DNA of 64,000 nt from the human T2T-CHM13v2.0 reference genome, Homo sapiens (GCF_009914755.1 NC_060947.1), one strand, 5' to 3'; shown: positions 37,306 through 52,837, counted from the first letter of the stretch. A program made the numbers and translations. The notes: generated by a model from the sequence alone, not told the origin.

Positions 37306-37854
37306 TAGCTTTCTTTTTTGAAATTGCCAATTCCATTCCTCATCTATCCCAGATGCTGGGGCAAGGACTGAGGAGTCAGGAATGGTTATCTGACATGCAT
37401 ATTATGTGATATTAAACACTGAGCCATTTTGGCAGCCTTAAAATGTACCCCCATCCTCACCGTCAAGCATCAAAAGTAGCTGTGTCAAATCAGCTGTGTT
37501 AAACAACTGTGGTAAAATGTGCTGTTTCCATGAAATCTGATTTCCCAAAGGATGACAACATGTTGATAGAGCTAGGCAGGTGAGGCTTCATCTCTGAGCT
37601 CTTTCGAGAATATGGACAAATCTGGTTTATGGATTCAGAGCCCCAGATGACCCTGCTCGCTCCTTTGATGTCTCTCCTTTCAATTTGCTTTCTCACACTA
37701 ACGTACTAACCAGCTGTGCTCCCCGCTGCCTCGCCTCTGTTTACCTACATTGAATCATTCCTGATAGAGCTATTTGGTGTAGAGCCCAGAGCTTGCTTTC
37801 TGGTATCGACAGTAAAGAGCTAAGGCTATACAACAGTTATTTCTCATCTTTTAC

Positions 37855-38076
37855 AGCAGTGATTCTCAACTGGGGGCAATCTTGCTCCCTTCTTCTCCCC
37901 GCTCCCCTGGGACAGTTGGCAGTGTCTGGGGACATTTTGGGTTGTCATAACTGGGGGCAGGGTGCTACTGGCTCTAGTTGATAGAGTCCAGGGATCCTGC
38001 TAAATGTCCTGCAATTCCACAAAAAAGAATTATCCAGCCCCAAAATGTCAATTGTGCTTGAAGTTGAGAAACCTTG
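37855..38076 (+). mobile_element. MER20 hAT MITE
   Basis: CAGTGATTCTCAACTGGGGGC...GACATTTTGGGTTGTCATAACTGGG...AAGAATTATCCAGCCCAAAATGTCAAT...GTTGAGAAACC. Confidence 0.85.
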
Positions 38077-38110
38077 ATTTTGAGGCATCCTATGGTATTT
38101 TAAAAGCCTA

Positions 38111-38417
<307 letters not shown>

Positions 38418-38921
38418 GTCTAGACACACCAGCAGGACTGCCCATCTTCAGGAAACGGGAAAACTGGTAGATGTATGAACCTTCTCACAAATTTATTTGA
38501 GTTAGTCATGAAAAGAACTAACATCCTAAAACAATGAATACAGGCAAATTCTCCATGGAAGGAGAAACTATACCAGCAGAGCTTATGTTTTTATAAGAAT
38601 GCAAAAGATATATTAAGAAGCAAGAGAAGGTAAAAATAGATAAGGTAAGCTTTTATGAGTAATGAACAGCCTGGTCTTATGAAAGAAAGAAAATGTAACA
38701 GAAGTTTTAGCTAGAAATGTCAGAATTAATGAGTAAAGGAGGCATGGCAGCAATAATCTGTTCAGATATTGGTCACATATATGGTCACCAATACTGGTCA
38801 CAAGTCATCTTCCAGTATTTTGACATATTCATGGGGATTTGGGTGCTGTCACAAGACAGCCACATTGTGGGAAAGAATTAACAAACATGAAAAGCAAAAA
38901 ATAGGAAGGTTTAAAAGTGTT

Positions 38922-39223
<302 letters not shown>

Positions 39224-39609
39224 TGTTGAACATGTATATTATGATAGATGTAATAAAAATTGCTATAGTCTTATCAGCTATTTTAGGTACTGCTCTCACA
39301 GAAATAGCACAATACTGAAGTCTTTGGACAATAGTTAAGTGAGGATTTAAAATGTTAAAATTTTTAGGTCATCATCAATTCCCACTATGAAAAACCAAAT
39401 CTTAAAAAATCGTTGTTCCAGTATTTGCTCTATAATAAATCAATTTGGATTAGTAAACTTTCTCTTCTGTAAGGGAACCACATTTTGATCCACTAGTCAT
39501 ATATGTATTAATAGTTACTCACTTTGCTTAGCCAAAATGCCAATAAAGGATAAAACTATTTTAAAAAATAAACACTAGCTTGAGAAATACTATATTGAGA
39601 CATACATAC

Positions 39610-39762
39610 CATTCCCGCTTGCGTGTACTGAGCAATCATTATTCACTAGCAGTGTGGTGGAGTTAGTGGAGTTACTGCTTGACTGTAAGGAATTTGAAGA
39701 GCTGGACACTCCTTGGTTTACAGTCTGCTTCTTTAAACCATTAGTAGCAGTTTTACTCCAGT
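39610..39762 (-). CDS. ADGRG2: ADGRG2 penultimate exon (153 nt), Ser-rich C-tail DWSKTATNGLKKQ...VHASGN
   Basis: TGTAG|AC acceptor, G|GTATGT donor, phase 1-1. Confidence 0.95.
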
Positions 39763-40764
39763 CTACAGCAGAATAAGCATTACAGAAAAACAGGGCAGTA
39801 TGTTGAAGCTCAAACGCAAGAGACAGATCACAGTGTAACAAGTCCTAAGCAACTGATTTCTCACTTCAGGATCTTATGGAGAAGTCACCTTCCACCAGTT
39901 GGTGTGATAACATGTATTTTCATTTGGATTATTTACATTTGTCCTTCAAATGACTGTGGGGTTAAAAGTAACCTATATTCTCCTAGAACTAAAGGCCAAG
40001 CTAATTTGATTATGTCTATAAATATCCATAGAATTAGGTAGTGATTCAGAGCCTCACACTGTCTTAACAAGAACACAAATAGTCTGTGTTGTAATGACTA
40101 ATTGTTCTTCACTCCATGAAAATGATTGAACTATGTGTACTGCCATTTTCTGAATACAGACTCCCGTGTCGCCCAGATACTGCAAAGGTGGTATTCATGC
40201 AAAAGGAATGTAGCTTTTCAAACAGTACTTCATTTTTCTCATTTTCTTAAAAAAAAAAAATGAGCTATTTGCTCTACTACCCAACCGGGTATATGTGAAA
40301 ATCACTTCAAAATAAACAAATGTATGTTACAACCAAATGTATGCTAAAGCTTATACACAAAGTCTGGCTTACTAACAAATAAAGCAACTGACAACCAGGA
40401 CCTGTGGAGAAAGGATTGAGTTGAGATTTTAAAAATTACCAAGGTAAATATTAAAAATTACTTTGGGAAATGAAAAGCATAATCTCAATAGAAAATCAAT
40501 TCTAAAAATTTTACTGTTGCTTCATTGAAGAGGCAGCCAGCCCATCAATTTTATTGCTCAAAAAATTCCCAGATAGAAATAATTATTTTTTAATTCACTA
40601 GATTTTTTTTTCTCCCTAATGTTCACGATCAATATTTTCTGTTGAGCAAATTCCAGATTTGCTGGAATTCACTGATTTCTAGATTGGATTTGCTTTGGAT
40701 CTTAATTTATACAATCTTTTCCTTGAGATTTAAGAGGAAGAGAAAAAGTGAGGTAAATCTTTAC

Positions 40765-40866
40765 CAGAATTTTCAGCCAGCCGTAACTTTCCACAACAAA
40801 GATACCGCCTCCATTGCTTCCTGACATTTTCTTTGGCCACACAGTAAAAGATGAATATGAAAAATC
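40765..40866 (-). CDS. ADGRG2: ADGRG2 exon (102 nt), end of TM7 and helix 8: [34 protein letters not shown]
   Basis: CCTTAG|GA acceptor, G|GTAAAG donor; family-B QGFFIF motif. Confidence 0.96.
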
Positions 40867-41651
40867 CTAAGGAGGGAAAAAAAACCCACAATGAATTCCA
40901 AGCTAATAGCTGAATGTCATAAGCTCACTTTGCACAAAAGATATTAATAATTATTTTGGCAGCTGTGGGCAACATGAAATTTTGCAAATTGAATAAAAAG
41001 TTCAGAGTCCTAGGAAAGCTTGCTGTCAAAAGGCATCGGGGAATGAATGCCTTTAGAAAATCTTTGTAAGATTAAGAATATTTATATGATAAAAGGAATC
41101 ATAACTTTGCATTTCCACAATTAAATTCACTGTCTCCTCCCACATCCTGTCCTTGGCCTTCCGTATCTTGGAATTACAAGCCATCCACCCAGGATCCCAG
41201 CTTGGACTTAGGCTCCTGCCTCTCCCTCCCTCCCTATTTAGAATCCGTTTCCAAGCTCTGTCAAATGCCATCTCCTCCACACATCTTTCCCTTCCCACTC
41301 TCCTCCTCTCCAGCCCACTGCCATGTCCTTTGCTTGGATCTCTCTCTCCCCCTCAAACCCAGGCAGTACAGCAATGCACTCACCTACCTGCCTGCCTCCT
41401 CCTGACCTGCCCCAGGTGCTGGCATGGAGAGCAAGCTGAAGACCTGAAGGGGCCCTGGGACTCCACCTCTCACCCACTCAGGTGCCCAGTCAAGGCAGGC
41501 CAGGGCTCCCCAGCCAGCCCCATGGCTGCCACTCCCCAAGGCTTTTGCCAATAAATATTTGCTGAGTGAATGGATGAATTCTGGGTTCTCTGCTTTCTAC
41601 TTAAAAACCCCCAATCTATTCACTTTAAAACCTTCATTTTAAGATACCAGG

Positions 41652-41875
<224 letters not shown>

Positions 41876-43281
41876 TTACACAGCTTCATTCATTTGTCAC
41901 CCTGGAAGTCGACCATTGGTTGCATTAGGAGAGAAACAGCATGTATAAGAGAGGCCAAAATCAGAAGATATATATATATTCAACCACCCCAAAAGCCCTG
42001 TGCATTAGGGTTAGTTTCCTTGTATAGATGAAACAATACATTCATTCCTTTTATCCATTCATATTCTAATGAGAAGATAATCTGGGGAAATGAAGAAAAA
42101 GGCAGATTCAGTTTCCACATTAAACATGTGAGGGTGGGTACCTTGCTTTCATGTCAATGATTAGTGTAATGTGGGCATATATATATGTTTTTTCTTTTAA
42201 AGTATCTATTACTTTCAGTATTGCCGTGGTTGGCAAATAAAACTTTTCTTAAGACCCTTAAAAAGAATTTGCTCATGTTTTTGGTTTTGTATGTAATACC
42301 ATGCGGTGTAACACCTGGATATACCAATTGAGGAACCGCTATATTATAAGTAAAAATTAATAACCATATATAACCAAACAAGCATCTCTGCTGGCTTCCT
42401 CCAAATTAAAATAAGAACCAACAACCAAATTCGGCATTTGAATTTAACCTCAGGTTGGGATTTCTCTGAAAACCAACAAGATGATCTATTGCCTGATAGA
42501 ACTAGAGAAGGACAATATGGGAGCAAAAGCAACAGGAAAGATGAACAAAAGCCAATGAGAAGGCAATTAAAAGGCATCCCCAAAAGAGGATTCAGAATAA
42601 AAGGAAACTAAGGGACAGTGAATTATTGTTATTGTAATGTAAACCTAATAGCCTGCTGGGCTTTTAATGCCAAAGCACTTCCATTAAAAATTAACAGCAG
42701 ACACGTCTTTCATAACACTGCTCTAAAAGAATTAGTCATTTTCCTTTCTAAAGAGTACAACTATCAGGGTTCCAAGATGCATGGGCTTCATTAACCAATG
42801 GGAAACCTAAAGCAGATGGCGACACACAGAGCCTGCTCTCTTTCCCGCTGAGTGTCCCAGGGCAGCAACTTCTTGGGATTAGCCTTCAAGTAAGACTGCT
42901 GCCACTTGGGTCTGTCTGTTGCCTTCCCATTTCTCATTGTCTCCAAATCGCTGACCTAGGAGGGGAGAGTGGTGAGCTCCCACAGGCACAGTCATGGTAT
43001 GTGTGCTTACAGTCTGCATGTTCTACTTGAATACAAAAGTTTTTTTTTTTAAAAGAAACCAAGTGAAGGAAGAATAATTGACTTTTTCAAAAAGTGTTCC
43101 TGGCAGGTTCCCCTCAATATGGTCTCTCCAAGGAGACAACTATGAATAAGGAGAAAAAAACACCATTTCTTGAATTTAGTAAGCACCTTTCCTCCAAGGA
43201 TCTCAAAGCACTCCCTCTCAATAATAAATATGTTTTTCAATGAAAATATCATAAGCCACTAAATAAGCTACTTTGCATATA

Positions 43282-43637
43282 CAAGCATACCTCATGGGGT
43301 TTCACAGATAGTACTTTTTTTTTTTTTTTTTTTTTTTTACAAATTGAAGGTTGTGGCAGCCCTGCGTCCAGCAAGTCTCTCAAGGCCATTTTTCCAACAG
43401 CATGTACTCACCTTGTGTCTCTGTATCAGCAGTTTTTAGCAATAAAATATTTTTAAGTTAAAGTATGTACATTTGTTTAGACATCATGCAATTGCACACT
43501 TAATAGACTATAGTCTAGTGTAAACACAACTTTTATATGCACTGGGAAACAACAATTTGTGTGACTCACTTTATTGCAATATTTGCTTTATTGTAGTGGT
43601 CTAGAACCAAACCCCCAACATCTCTGAGGCATGCCTG
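43282..43637 (-). mobile_element. Tigger1 internal-deletion derivative with both TIRs
   Basis: CAAGCATACCTC / GAGGCATGCCTG inverted ends, TA on both sides. Confidence 0.88.
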
Positions 43638-43709
43638 TACTCTTTTAGTAGCTACATTTTTATATTCAACTGGGATCATTCAGTTTGTATTTGATGCTGT
43701 AAAGCTTAC

Positions 43710-43993
43710 CTTGTAAGGTATTAAAGATGGCAAACAGATACATGAAGGTCACGTTAACTGGTCCCCAGGCAAAGAAGGCAAAGCCCCAAGTTATTCCCAG
43801 TAAAAATGTAAGGCCAGCGATACTCCTGAGGTCTTGAATACTGGTTTTTCGCTGGGCTCCCAGTTGCTTCTTCTTTTTAATTCGACAGAGCTGAACCAGG
43901 ACCACAATGAACATGCTGACGTTCAGCAAAAATATCACACAGAAATATCCCACCACCGTAATGTAGAATACTGCATTGTTGTTGATCCAGCAG
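43710..43993 (-). CDS. ADGRG2: ADGRG2 exon (284 nt), ECL2 to TM7: CWINNNAVFYITVVGYFC...LLGITWGFAFF...IFNTLQ
   Basis: CTCCAG|C acceptor, G|GTAAGC donor; adhesion-GPCR motifs CWI and LLGxTW. Confidence 0.97.
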
Positions 43994-44574
43994 CTGGAGT
44001 TTGTGGAGGGGGGGAAACAGGGGAAAACATATTATAGTAATGAACTAGAGTTCAAAATGATACAATGAATCTCTAACATTTTACTGAAACATTTTCTACC
44101 AGTACAAGAGAAAAAAAATGATAAAACTGCTATTCTCTACAACCATTTATAGCTCTAGGGAAAATAATCTAAGAGTTTATTTGAGGACACTTGGTGATTT
44201 AAAGTATTTTAAAAATAGACCTTTTTTTAAACATTCAGGATTTTGCCCCTGTAAATCCTAGCAACTCTGTTCTATGAGTCTTTATTAATATAACTGGAAT
44301 GTCATTTTATCAGAGGCTAATGAAAATATTTTCAAAATAGTTCTTCCTAATTCATTTTTCTTTTCAGAATAGCTCCTAATTCATCACTTGAAGAGTAGCA
44401 TGGCATTTCCAGCTAGCTTCTCTCATTACATATGACTGTGAAGGCTGCTGTGAAGTATTGCTGGGTTTTATTAGGATGATAGCAGGAGTCAATATGCTGA
44501 TTAGATCCTCCGTTTTCTAGGAGCATTCCGTTTTCCAGTTCACTTAGCATTCCCTTAGGGGGCTTTGTACTCAC

Positions 44575-44674
44575 AAGTCATCCGGTGAACCATTGGGGAA
44601 TTTCCCATAGGATCCAAGCCCATAGTTATCTGGGGATATAGTCAGGATGATGGTCACAACCACAGCTGGTACCC
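44575..44674 (-). CDS. ADGRG2: ADGRG2 exon (100 nt), TM4/ECL2: [32 protein letters not shown]
   Basis: TTCCAG|GG acceptor, TT|GTGAGT donor; completes GWGVP. Confidence 0.96.
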
Positions 44675-44704
44675 CTGGAAGATGGGAAACATTGGTCACA
44701 CCTA

Positions 44705-45009
<305 letters not shown>

Positions 45010-45385
45010 TGGTCACACCTAGTTCTAATAACCAAAGTGGGTGACAAGACTAGAGATCACATCCTATTTACATCTTGTAGCAGAGACTGGCTAGCTGTTC
45101 ACCAGGCTGGTTTCTTTTCCTCTTTGGCACATGACTGGATGCTCCCAGCCTCCCAGGCAGCTGGGTGTGTGTGGCCACATGGCTCACTTTGGGCCCATGG
45201 GATACGGGCACAAGTGATTTGCTCCACTTCCAGGCCTGCCCCATAGAAACCTCCTGTGAGATCCTCTACTTTCTTTTTGCCTGCAAACTTAGGGCAACCT
45301 TGAGGCAGAGTCTTCAATAGCTTGGATCCCTGAATAACTGCAAGACCAGGGACTCCTCTGCCCCTGCTAACTAGACTGTAGGTGA

Positions 45386-45747
<362 letters not shown>

Positions 45748-47217
45748 GTTGTGCCTTTAACTTATACATGTCTGGAATGTATATTTAAGAGTCAGCAACT
45801 CCTGGCAAATCTTTCATTATGAAACCAAAAGTCCTCAATTTGAAGACTTTGAGACCCAGTGAAGGATGGAGGGTTCTGTCCTGGCTGATCCAGGGGGTGG
45901 TGACTGCTACTATGCTGGCTCTGTTGAGAGCCCACGGACACTTCCCTTCAGAGAAGGTACCATGAGAAGGGTCCCCCAAGTTTAAAATGGCTTTTGGTGG
46001 GGAAAGAATCCTATTCACCACTGCACACCATCACCCGCCAGCCCCATGCCACCGCCCCACACTCTGCACACTGACCAGCAGACGTCCTATCTCAAGGCTC
46101 TGGTAAAGAACAAACAATTCCTTGTCACAGACCAGTTGCAGTGCCTGGTAAAATCAAATCTAATAGTTCATTTAATGCCTTTGCGCTTGTACCTTCTGGT
46201 GACCCTGACATATGATAATTTTCTAAGTGAGACACTTTGTTAAAAATAAAACATTGGGGGTGGGGGCCTCATACTTAAGAAAGGAATCTGACTTTCAGCC
46301 TTCTCTAAAGAAGACAGAATCCGTGCCCAGTATCTGGAGCGTTGACTTATGTTTCTGGGACAAACAGGGAAAGGGTGTTGTTCTGTTGTTCTTCACAAAG
46401 ACATAGTGACATAAGATAGAAGGCAGGGTGGCAAGGGTGGTGGTGTGCTTTCAATCTTGATGTGTAGGAATATTTAGCCTGAAAATAGAGGCAGTCTGGT
46501 TGGGGGGATGGCAGAAGGCTGCATATAAGGAGACGGAGAGCCAGGCTTGCTGTTTTCTAGCTTTGTGAATTGGGGGGATATCACATCATCACTTGGAGCC
46601 AGTTTCTTCACCTACATTTGGGATGACTGCCTGGCTCACCTCACTGGCTTATCTTGCATGGGGTCACTTGTGTGAAAAACAGGGGATTATACACACTGTT
46701 ATATATTACTTGTAGATTATCTAAAGGACTCTCTGGCAGAAGAGGTATCAACTTACTGTTTTCTGCCTGAGCAAAACCACTGGTAAGTGCCACCAGGGAG
46801 CCAACTGAACTTAATGGAAAATCAGAACTGTAGAGCTTTATAAAATGGTTATTGGCTGCCTTGTAAGGTCATGAACTCCCCAGTAATAGAAGTATTCAAG
46901 CAGAAGTTAGATTATCTTTAGTCAAGGATAAGTCAGGTGGAGTTGAGGGTTGAAGAGGCTCCTGCATTGGGTGGGAAATTGAATGAAGAAATCTTCAACA
47001 TATTTGGGGAGCCTAAGGCCTTGCGACCTGCCACCAATAGGCTGCACAATCTGAAATGTCATGCCCACGTGGCAGTGAAGTTACAATGGGTTTTATATGT
47101 ACATTCTCTCACTCTGCCCTTCTTAGCATACTGTCATACGTGTCTGATATCTGGGAGGTACAAAGTAGAATGAGGCTGGCTGGGAGCTCAGGGACTGAGA
47201 GTTTGGGCTCTTTACCA

Positions 47218-47271
47218 CCAAGCTAATGTTTTCAATATATTACCACCCCAAGCTAATGTTTTCAATATATT
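47218..47271. repeat. Tandem duplication with a 30-bp period
   Basis: CCAAGCTAATGTTTTCAATATATT at 47218 and 47248. Confidence 0.9.
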
Positions 47272-47559
47272 GAGCACCTTCTGTGCCAGCCCCAAATTCT
47301 AGTTCCTGGAGATACAAAGAGGATTCATGGTTCAACCTTGAGGAATTCCATATTCATAACAAATCCAAAGAAATAAACAGGTGTCCTAGAAGGAGACTTG
47401 ACAAAGTTGCTCTTCGGGCAGTGCACATGTAAGAGTATAAAGCTGTTTTAGAAACTTGCTGAATGTGATCTGCTTCATCGTTTCCACCTGCTCAAAAATC
47501 AAAACACTAGAGAAAAGGCAGAGAAAGTCCAGGCAACATGCAGGCAAGCTTATACATAC

Positions 47560-47828
47560 CCCAACCGACAATGCAGAATTTAAGGATGTATTTTCGGATG
47601 TAAGTATTAAATACTTTGACAAGGGCCAGGTACATATGGAATGCTTCTAGGCCCATCCATGTGAATGAGACCAAGAGAAAATAATGAAGAAATACAGCCA
47701 CTGAGATGCAGAGGCCTTGCATCTTATACAGAGCAATCCACGAGTCCAGGAGGAAGACCAGGTTCAGCAGAAGCAGAGCAGCACACAGCTGGATGAGGAT
47801 TTTGGAAGGGTAATCCCTCCGGATCTTT
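47560..47828 (-). CDS. ADGRG2: ADGRG2 exon (269 nt), ICL1 to TM4: [15 protein letters not shown]...[19 protein letters not shown]...IVGW
   Basis: TTTTAG|A acceptor, G|GTATGT donor; TM3 HYF..WM..E motif. Confidence 0.97.
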
Positions 47829-47883
47829 CTAAAAGGAAAGGATGAGAACAAGAATGAGCATTCTACTCTGCCAACCCTCCAAC

Positions 47884-48168
<285 letters not shown>

Positions 48169-49471
48169 ACCAACCCTTATGTAAGCATATCTGTCAGGCT
48201 CTTTGAGTTTTAAGCAATTTATTTTTATTCTTTGGTAAATGTCTATATGCATAAATTTCCTCTGTTTGAGTATATGTGTATATGGGGTGGGGGGGAGCTT
48301 AAAACCAACAACAACAAAGGAAAAATCTAAACAGAATCATCTGTGATAACCATAAGGAGAATTTGTGTCTGTATTTCTGTGGGACCTTTTACATGCTGAC
48401 TGTTGACGCATACTTTTAAATAGTTTGTAGTAGACTCTACTAAGCACTCGCCCTATTTCTCCCAGACTACTTTCGGAAGCATTGGTGCTGCTTCTCATGG
48501 AGTCTGCTATATTCAGATCTTCAAAATTTAACCAAGATTCCCATATTATTGTATGTTATTAGGTAAAATGAGATCATGGAAAGAAGAGTTTAAACTACAG
48601 CTAAATGTAATAGCATAGGAGAAGCCAGCTAATTGATGACATGTTCATGTTTATGCATGCAAAATTAGATCCGATGAAATCATTCTGAGTAATGGCTGGC
48701 CTTCTGGTTATTTAGTCTCACTAATAATATTTCCAAAGGCTCACTAGAAGATCCGTAGTCACAGCTAGACCCTAACTTTGGCACTGAAAATAAATTTTTA
48801 CATTTCCTGATCAGTGTCCAAAATCTAAATCCAAGAACCTACATATTGTTTCGATTCGTTAATGCAATAAAAATGCCCATGTCCTTCTTTTCCATTAGAA
48901 TTTGTTGGAATTACCCCCAAAAAGCAACCAAAGGGACCTGTCTGGTAAGCCAAGAAGGAAAGGCTGTTTTTTAGAATGGCATTCTTGCTGCAGAGCTACA
49001 CTCACTGAATATCTATTTTTTTCAGTAAAGCTTTTACATCCTTATTTCTCTCCATCCCCACACCAGTTAATGTATTTAATCTTTTGTGTTTGCTCAGTAT
49101 AATTTAGAAATGTAATTTATTAAACATAGTTCTTATGCTGTACATGGTGCTGTGGTCTATTTCAGATGGTAAGTCTCTGGGTTTTGGGGCCTGCATCCCT
49201 CATTCATTTCACACTTTATGTCTATCAGGTACTGGGTGTCATTCTGGGGCACCAAGATGATTCTGACACAACCCCTGCCTTCAGGGAGTCCACAGACTAG
49301 TGTGAGGACACAAGCATATAAACCAACAAGTCCCATAAAGTTGATACATGGATGCTCCACTAGCTGGGTGTACAGGGTAAGGCAGGCCGAGGAAAGGGCT
49401 TAGTTAATAAATGTTGGCAATGGAGGTGAGTGCTGAGTCCTAAATCCAAATTTCCGGTTGTGGATACTCAC

Positions 49472-49593
49472 TCAAAAGCTATGTAGGTTACAAGAGTCAC
49501 TGACAGAAAAATTGATGAAAGCCCACAACCAATATATGTAATGAACGTCAGAGCCATCATTTGAGCAGGCAGCACAGATGTCCTAGATAGGTC
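49472..49593 (-). CDS. ADGRG2: ADGRG2 exon (122 nt), end of tethered agonist and TM1: DLSRTSVLPAQMMALTFITYIGCGLSSIFLSVTLVTYIAF
   Basis: TTCCAG|GAC acceptor, GA|GTGAGT donor. Confidence 0.97.
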
Positions 49594-49679
49594 CTGGAAA
49601 ATGAAATATTGCTTTTAATAATCAAATATTTTTAAATAAATACAAGACTTATGATGTATCAAGTATTCTAGGGATCCAT

Positions 49680-50120
49680 TCATAGTCTATTCAACAAACC
49701 TATGAGGTAGGCACAATTATTACTATCAGGTAAAGATAAGGAAACAGAGACAGACACAGAGAGGTTAAGTAACTTGCTCAAGGACACACAGATAGAAAGT
49801 GGAGAAGCCAAGATTCAAATTCAGGTCTGGCACACTCCAAAGCCCACATACTTGATCACTGCATTATAGTGCAATGGAAAGGAACTGGACTAGGAGCCTA
49901 AAGACTGCAATTTAGCTCCTGCCTCTTACATTTCTTAGTTCTATGACTGTGGGCAACTATCTAACAAGAGAGTCTTAATTCTGATTTTAATAAAATGACA
50001 ATAGCAACTCCCCATTCTACCTATCTTGCAGGACTGTTGGGATGATTAAATAAGAGCATTTATGTCAAAGTGTTTTGTAAAAATCTTAAAGTGCATTGCA
50101 AACTAAACAATTTTTATTAC
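49680..50120. mobile_element. Two MIR fragments in opposite orientations
   Basis: AGAGAGGTTAAGTAACTTGCTCAAGG then plus-strand MIR with GATGATTAAATAAG. Confidence 0.65.
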
Positions 50121-50129
50121 TCATCCTAA

Positions 50130-50657
<528 letters not shown>

Positions 50658-50715
50658 TGATGCCCAGCTACCCCTCAGACTCAGAATTTAAGGCCACGTG
50701 GCACAGGCATATTAC

Positions 50716-50819
50716 CAGCAGAACGCCGAAGCTTGTTAGATGGCTACAGGTACAGATGGTTTCATTCAATCTCCTGTCTTTGACAGAGCAGCCATTGTCT
50801 GACCAGCCTCCTCTGCCAC
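50716..50819 (-). CDS. ADGRG2: ADGRG2 exon (104 nt), GPS motif GGRGGWSDNGCSVKDRRLNETICTCSHL|TSFGVLL
   Basis: CAACAG|GT acceptor, CTG|GTAAT donor; canonical GPS with H-L-T cleavage triad. Confidence 0.98.
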
Positions 50820-50933
50820 CTGTTGGCATTGGGAAGAACATCTGTCCCATCAGCAAGGCCACAGCACCAGTGACTTCACACCCTCCCCAATTAACCCACT
50901 CAAGAGTTTGAAAAGGTTATGACTGGAACTTAC

Positions 50934-50979
50934 CATTTCTGCCCAAGTCCCAAAATACACATCTCACTGTTAACTCATC
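50934..50979 (-). CDS. ADGRG2: ADGRG2 small exon (46 nt), DELTVRCVFWDLGRN, start of GPS
   Basis: CCACAG|GAT acceptor, G|GTAAGT donor; CVFW GPS motif; followed by a 114-nt intron. Confidence 0.96.
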
Positions 50980-51161
50980 CTGTGGTAGAAAGATAAATCA
51001 CACATAATTAATTTACTGAACTAAAAAAAAAAAAAGCAAAACTGAAAGGTATTTGAAAAGAAAAAAAACTGTGGTTTTTTTTAAATTTCAGAATCTTAGG
51101 CTTAATTTTTAGAGAGTTCTTATTTTATATGGTCCCTAGAAGCAAGTAAGCCCTAAATAGA

Positions 51162-51330
51162 CCAGCACTTCTTAAGCTCATCAATCGTGCATAGGAATCA
51201 CTTTGGGGCCTTGTGAAAATGCACATTCTGACTCAGTGGGTCTGGGTTAGGGCCTGAGACTCTGCATTTCTAGCAAACTCCCAGGTGATGCTGATGCTGT
51301 GGGTCTGTGGACCACACTGTGAGTAGTGAG
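51162..51330 (+). mobile_element. MER5A hAT MITE
   Basis: GGCCTGAGACTCTGCATTTCTAGCAAACTCCCAGGTGATGCTGATGCTG. Confidence 0.8.
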
Positions 51331-51466
51331 GTCGTAGATGATGCTTAGTGTGAACTGAGCTGAGAATCAGACCTGCAGCCACAGATCCACACACACTGAT
51401 ATCTGATATTTCACAGTTGTTAAGAGCTTGCTTTTGCACCAATTCTTCCTGGAAATTAGGTGGTCA

Positions 51467-51768
51467 ATTTTTTTTTTTTTTTTTTTTTTTGAGACAGGGT
51501 CTCACTTTGTCACCCAAGCTGGAATGCAGTGGCCCCAACATAGCTCACTGCAGCCTTGAGCTCCCGGGCTCGTGATCCTCCCGCCTCAGCCCTCCAAGTA
51601 GCTGGAATTACAGGAGCCTGCCACCACGCCCAGCTAATTTTTGTATCTTTTGCAAAGATGGGGTTTTGCCATGTTGCCCAGGCTGGTCTCAAACTCCTGA
51701 GCTCAGACAATCTGCCCGCCTCAGCCTCTCAAAGTGCTGGGATGACAGCATGAACCACTGCACCTGCC
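51467..51768 (-). mobile_element. Alu (J-type)
   Basis: Reverse dimer; TSD TGGTCAATT. Confidence 0.93.
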
Positions 51769-51948
51769 CTGGTCAATTATTAAGTGTGTTAAAATCCAAT
51801 GGAGAGATGTGATTCTAGTCCTGCAAACTACTCCAGCTGAGCTGAAGGTTCTTTCTGCCTGATCTGCCTTTTGCCGGCCATGCCTTACAAGCATAGTTTG
51901 TACAAGGTGTTCCTGGTCAATGAACAGACGGCACTGGCCTCTCCCCAC

Positions 51949-52071
51949 CTGGCTCGGGTTGATGTGCTTTAATGTGACTGTCACGTTTCTTGTCAAGTTC
52001 CTGACGGTCAGGTTTGCAACACTCGATGATATGACGTAGCTGATCAGAGAGAGGTTCTCCAGGGAAGGATC
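51949..52071 (-). CDS. ADGRG2: ADGRG2 exon (123 nt), GAIN: DPSLENLSLISYVISSSVANLTVRNLTRNVTVTLKHINPSQ
   Basis: GCCAG|GAT acceptor, CAG|GTGGGG donor, phase 0-0. Confidence 0.96.
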
Positions 52072-52693
52072 CTGGCACATCAAGATGGCAAGGGTAAATG
52101 AGATATTGTCAGAGTTTTAGAGCTAGAAGGAACACTAAGGAATATTCAGTCCACATTGTTTATCTTACAATATAGGTCAGAAATCGAGGGACAAGGAGGA
52201 AAGTGACTTTCCCAAGGGATCACAATCAGAGAAACAGAGCTTGTTCTACAATACAATGCTCTAAATACTGAGCTAAAGCGCACAGATTGACACAACAGGA
52301 TTTTGTGAATCTTTAAAGAGAACATAGCATTAAGCCATTTAAGCCGTGTGTCCCCAAGCAAGTCACTTAACGTCTCTCTGCGCCTCCATGGCTTCATCTG
52401 TAAAATGGGATAATAATAGTTCCTTCCTCTCAGGGTTGTTGAGAGGATTAGAGTTAACATTTGTAACTGCTTAGGATAGTGCTTGGCAATTGGTAAATAT
52501 AAATACTATGTAACTGTCAGTTACTGTTATTTATCATCACCAGTATCATTAGGCTGCATTTAAAAATGAACTGCAGCATTTCGGCAATTCATTTGACTTA
52601 CGGCAGCCTTAAGAATATTCGAGCACTAAAAGAAATGAAATGCCCTCATCTCCAAATAAAGCCCAAGCCAAAAGCAGTGAGCAGCAGTTTTAC

Positions 52694-52837
52694 CTGAAAC
52701 AAAGCAGGTGTTTCAAAAAAATTGAACTGAACCCTGGAAGCTAGCTCCATGTCATGAGCTGGTAAATTATTCATCAGCGATGAAGGAAGAGTAATTGTGC
52801 CAATACTGTTCTCAGGAGCTTGGGTTTCCAGAGAAAC
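52694..52837 (-). CDS. ADGRG2: ADGRG2 exon (144 nt), GAIN: VSLETQAPENSIGTITLPSSL...FNFFETPALFQ
   Basis: TTTCAG|GTT acceptor, CAG|GTAAAA donor, phase 0-0. Confidence 0.96.
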
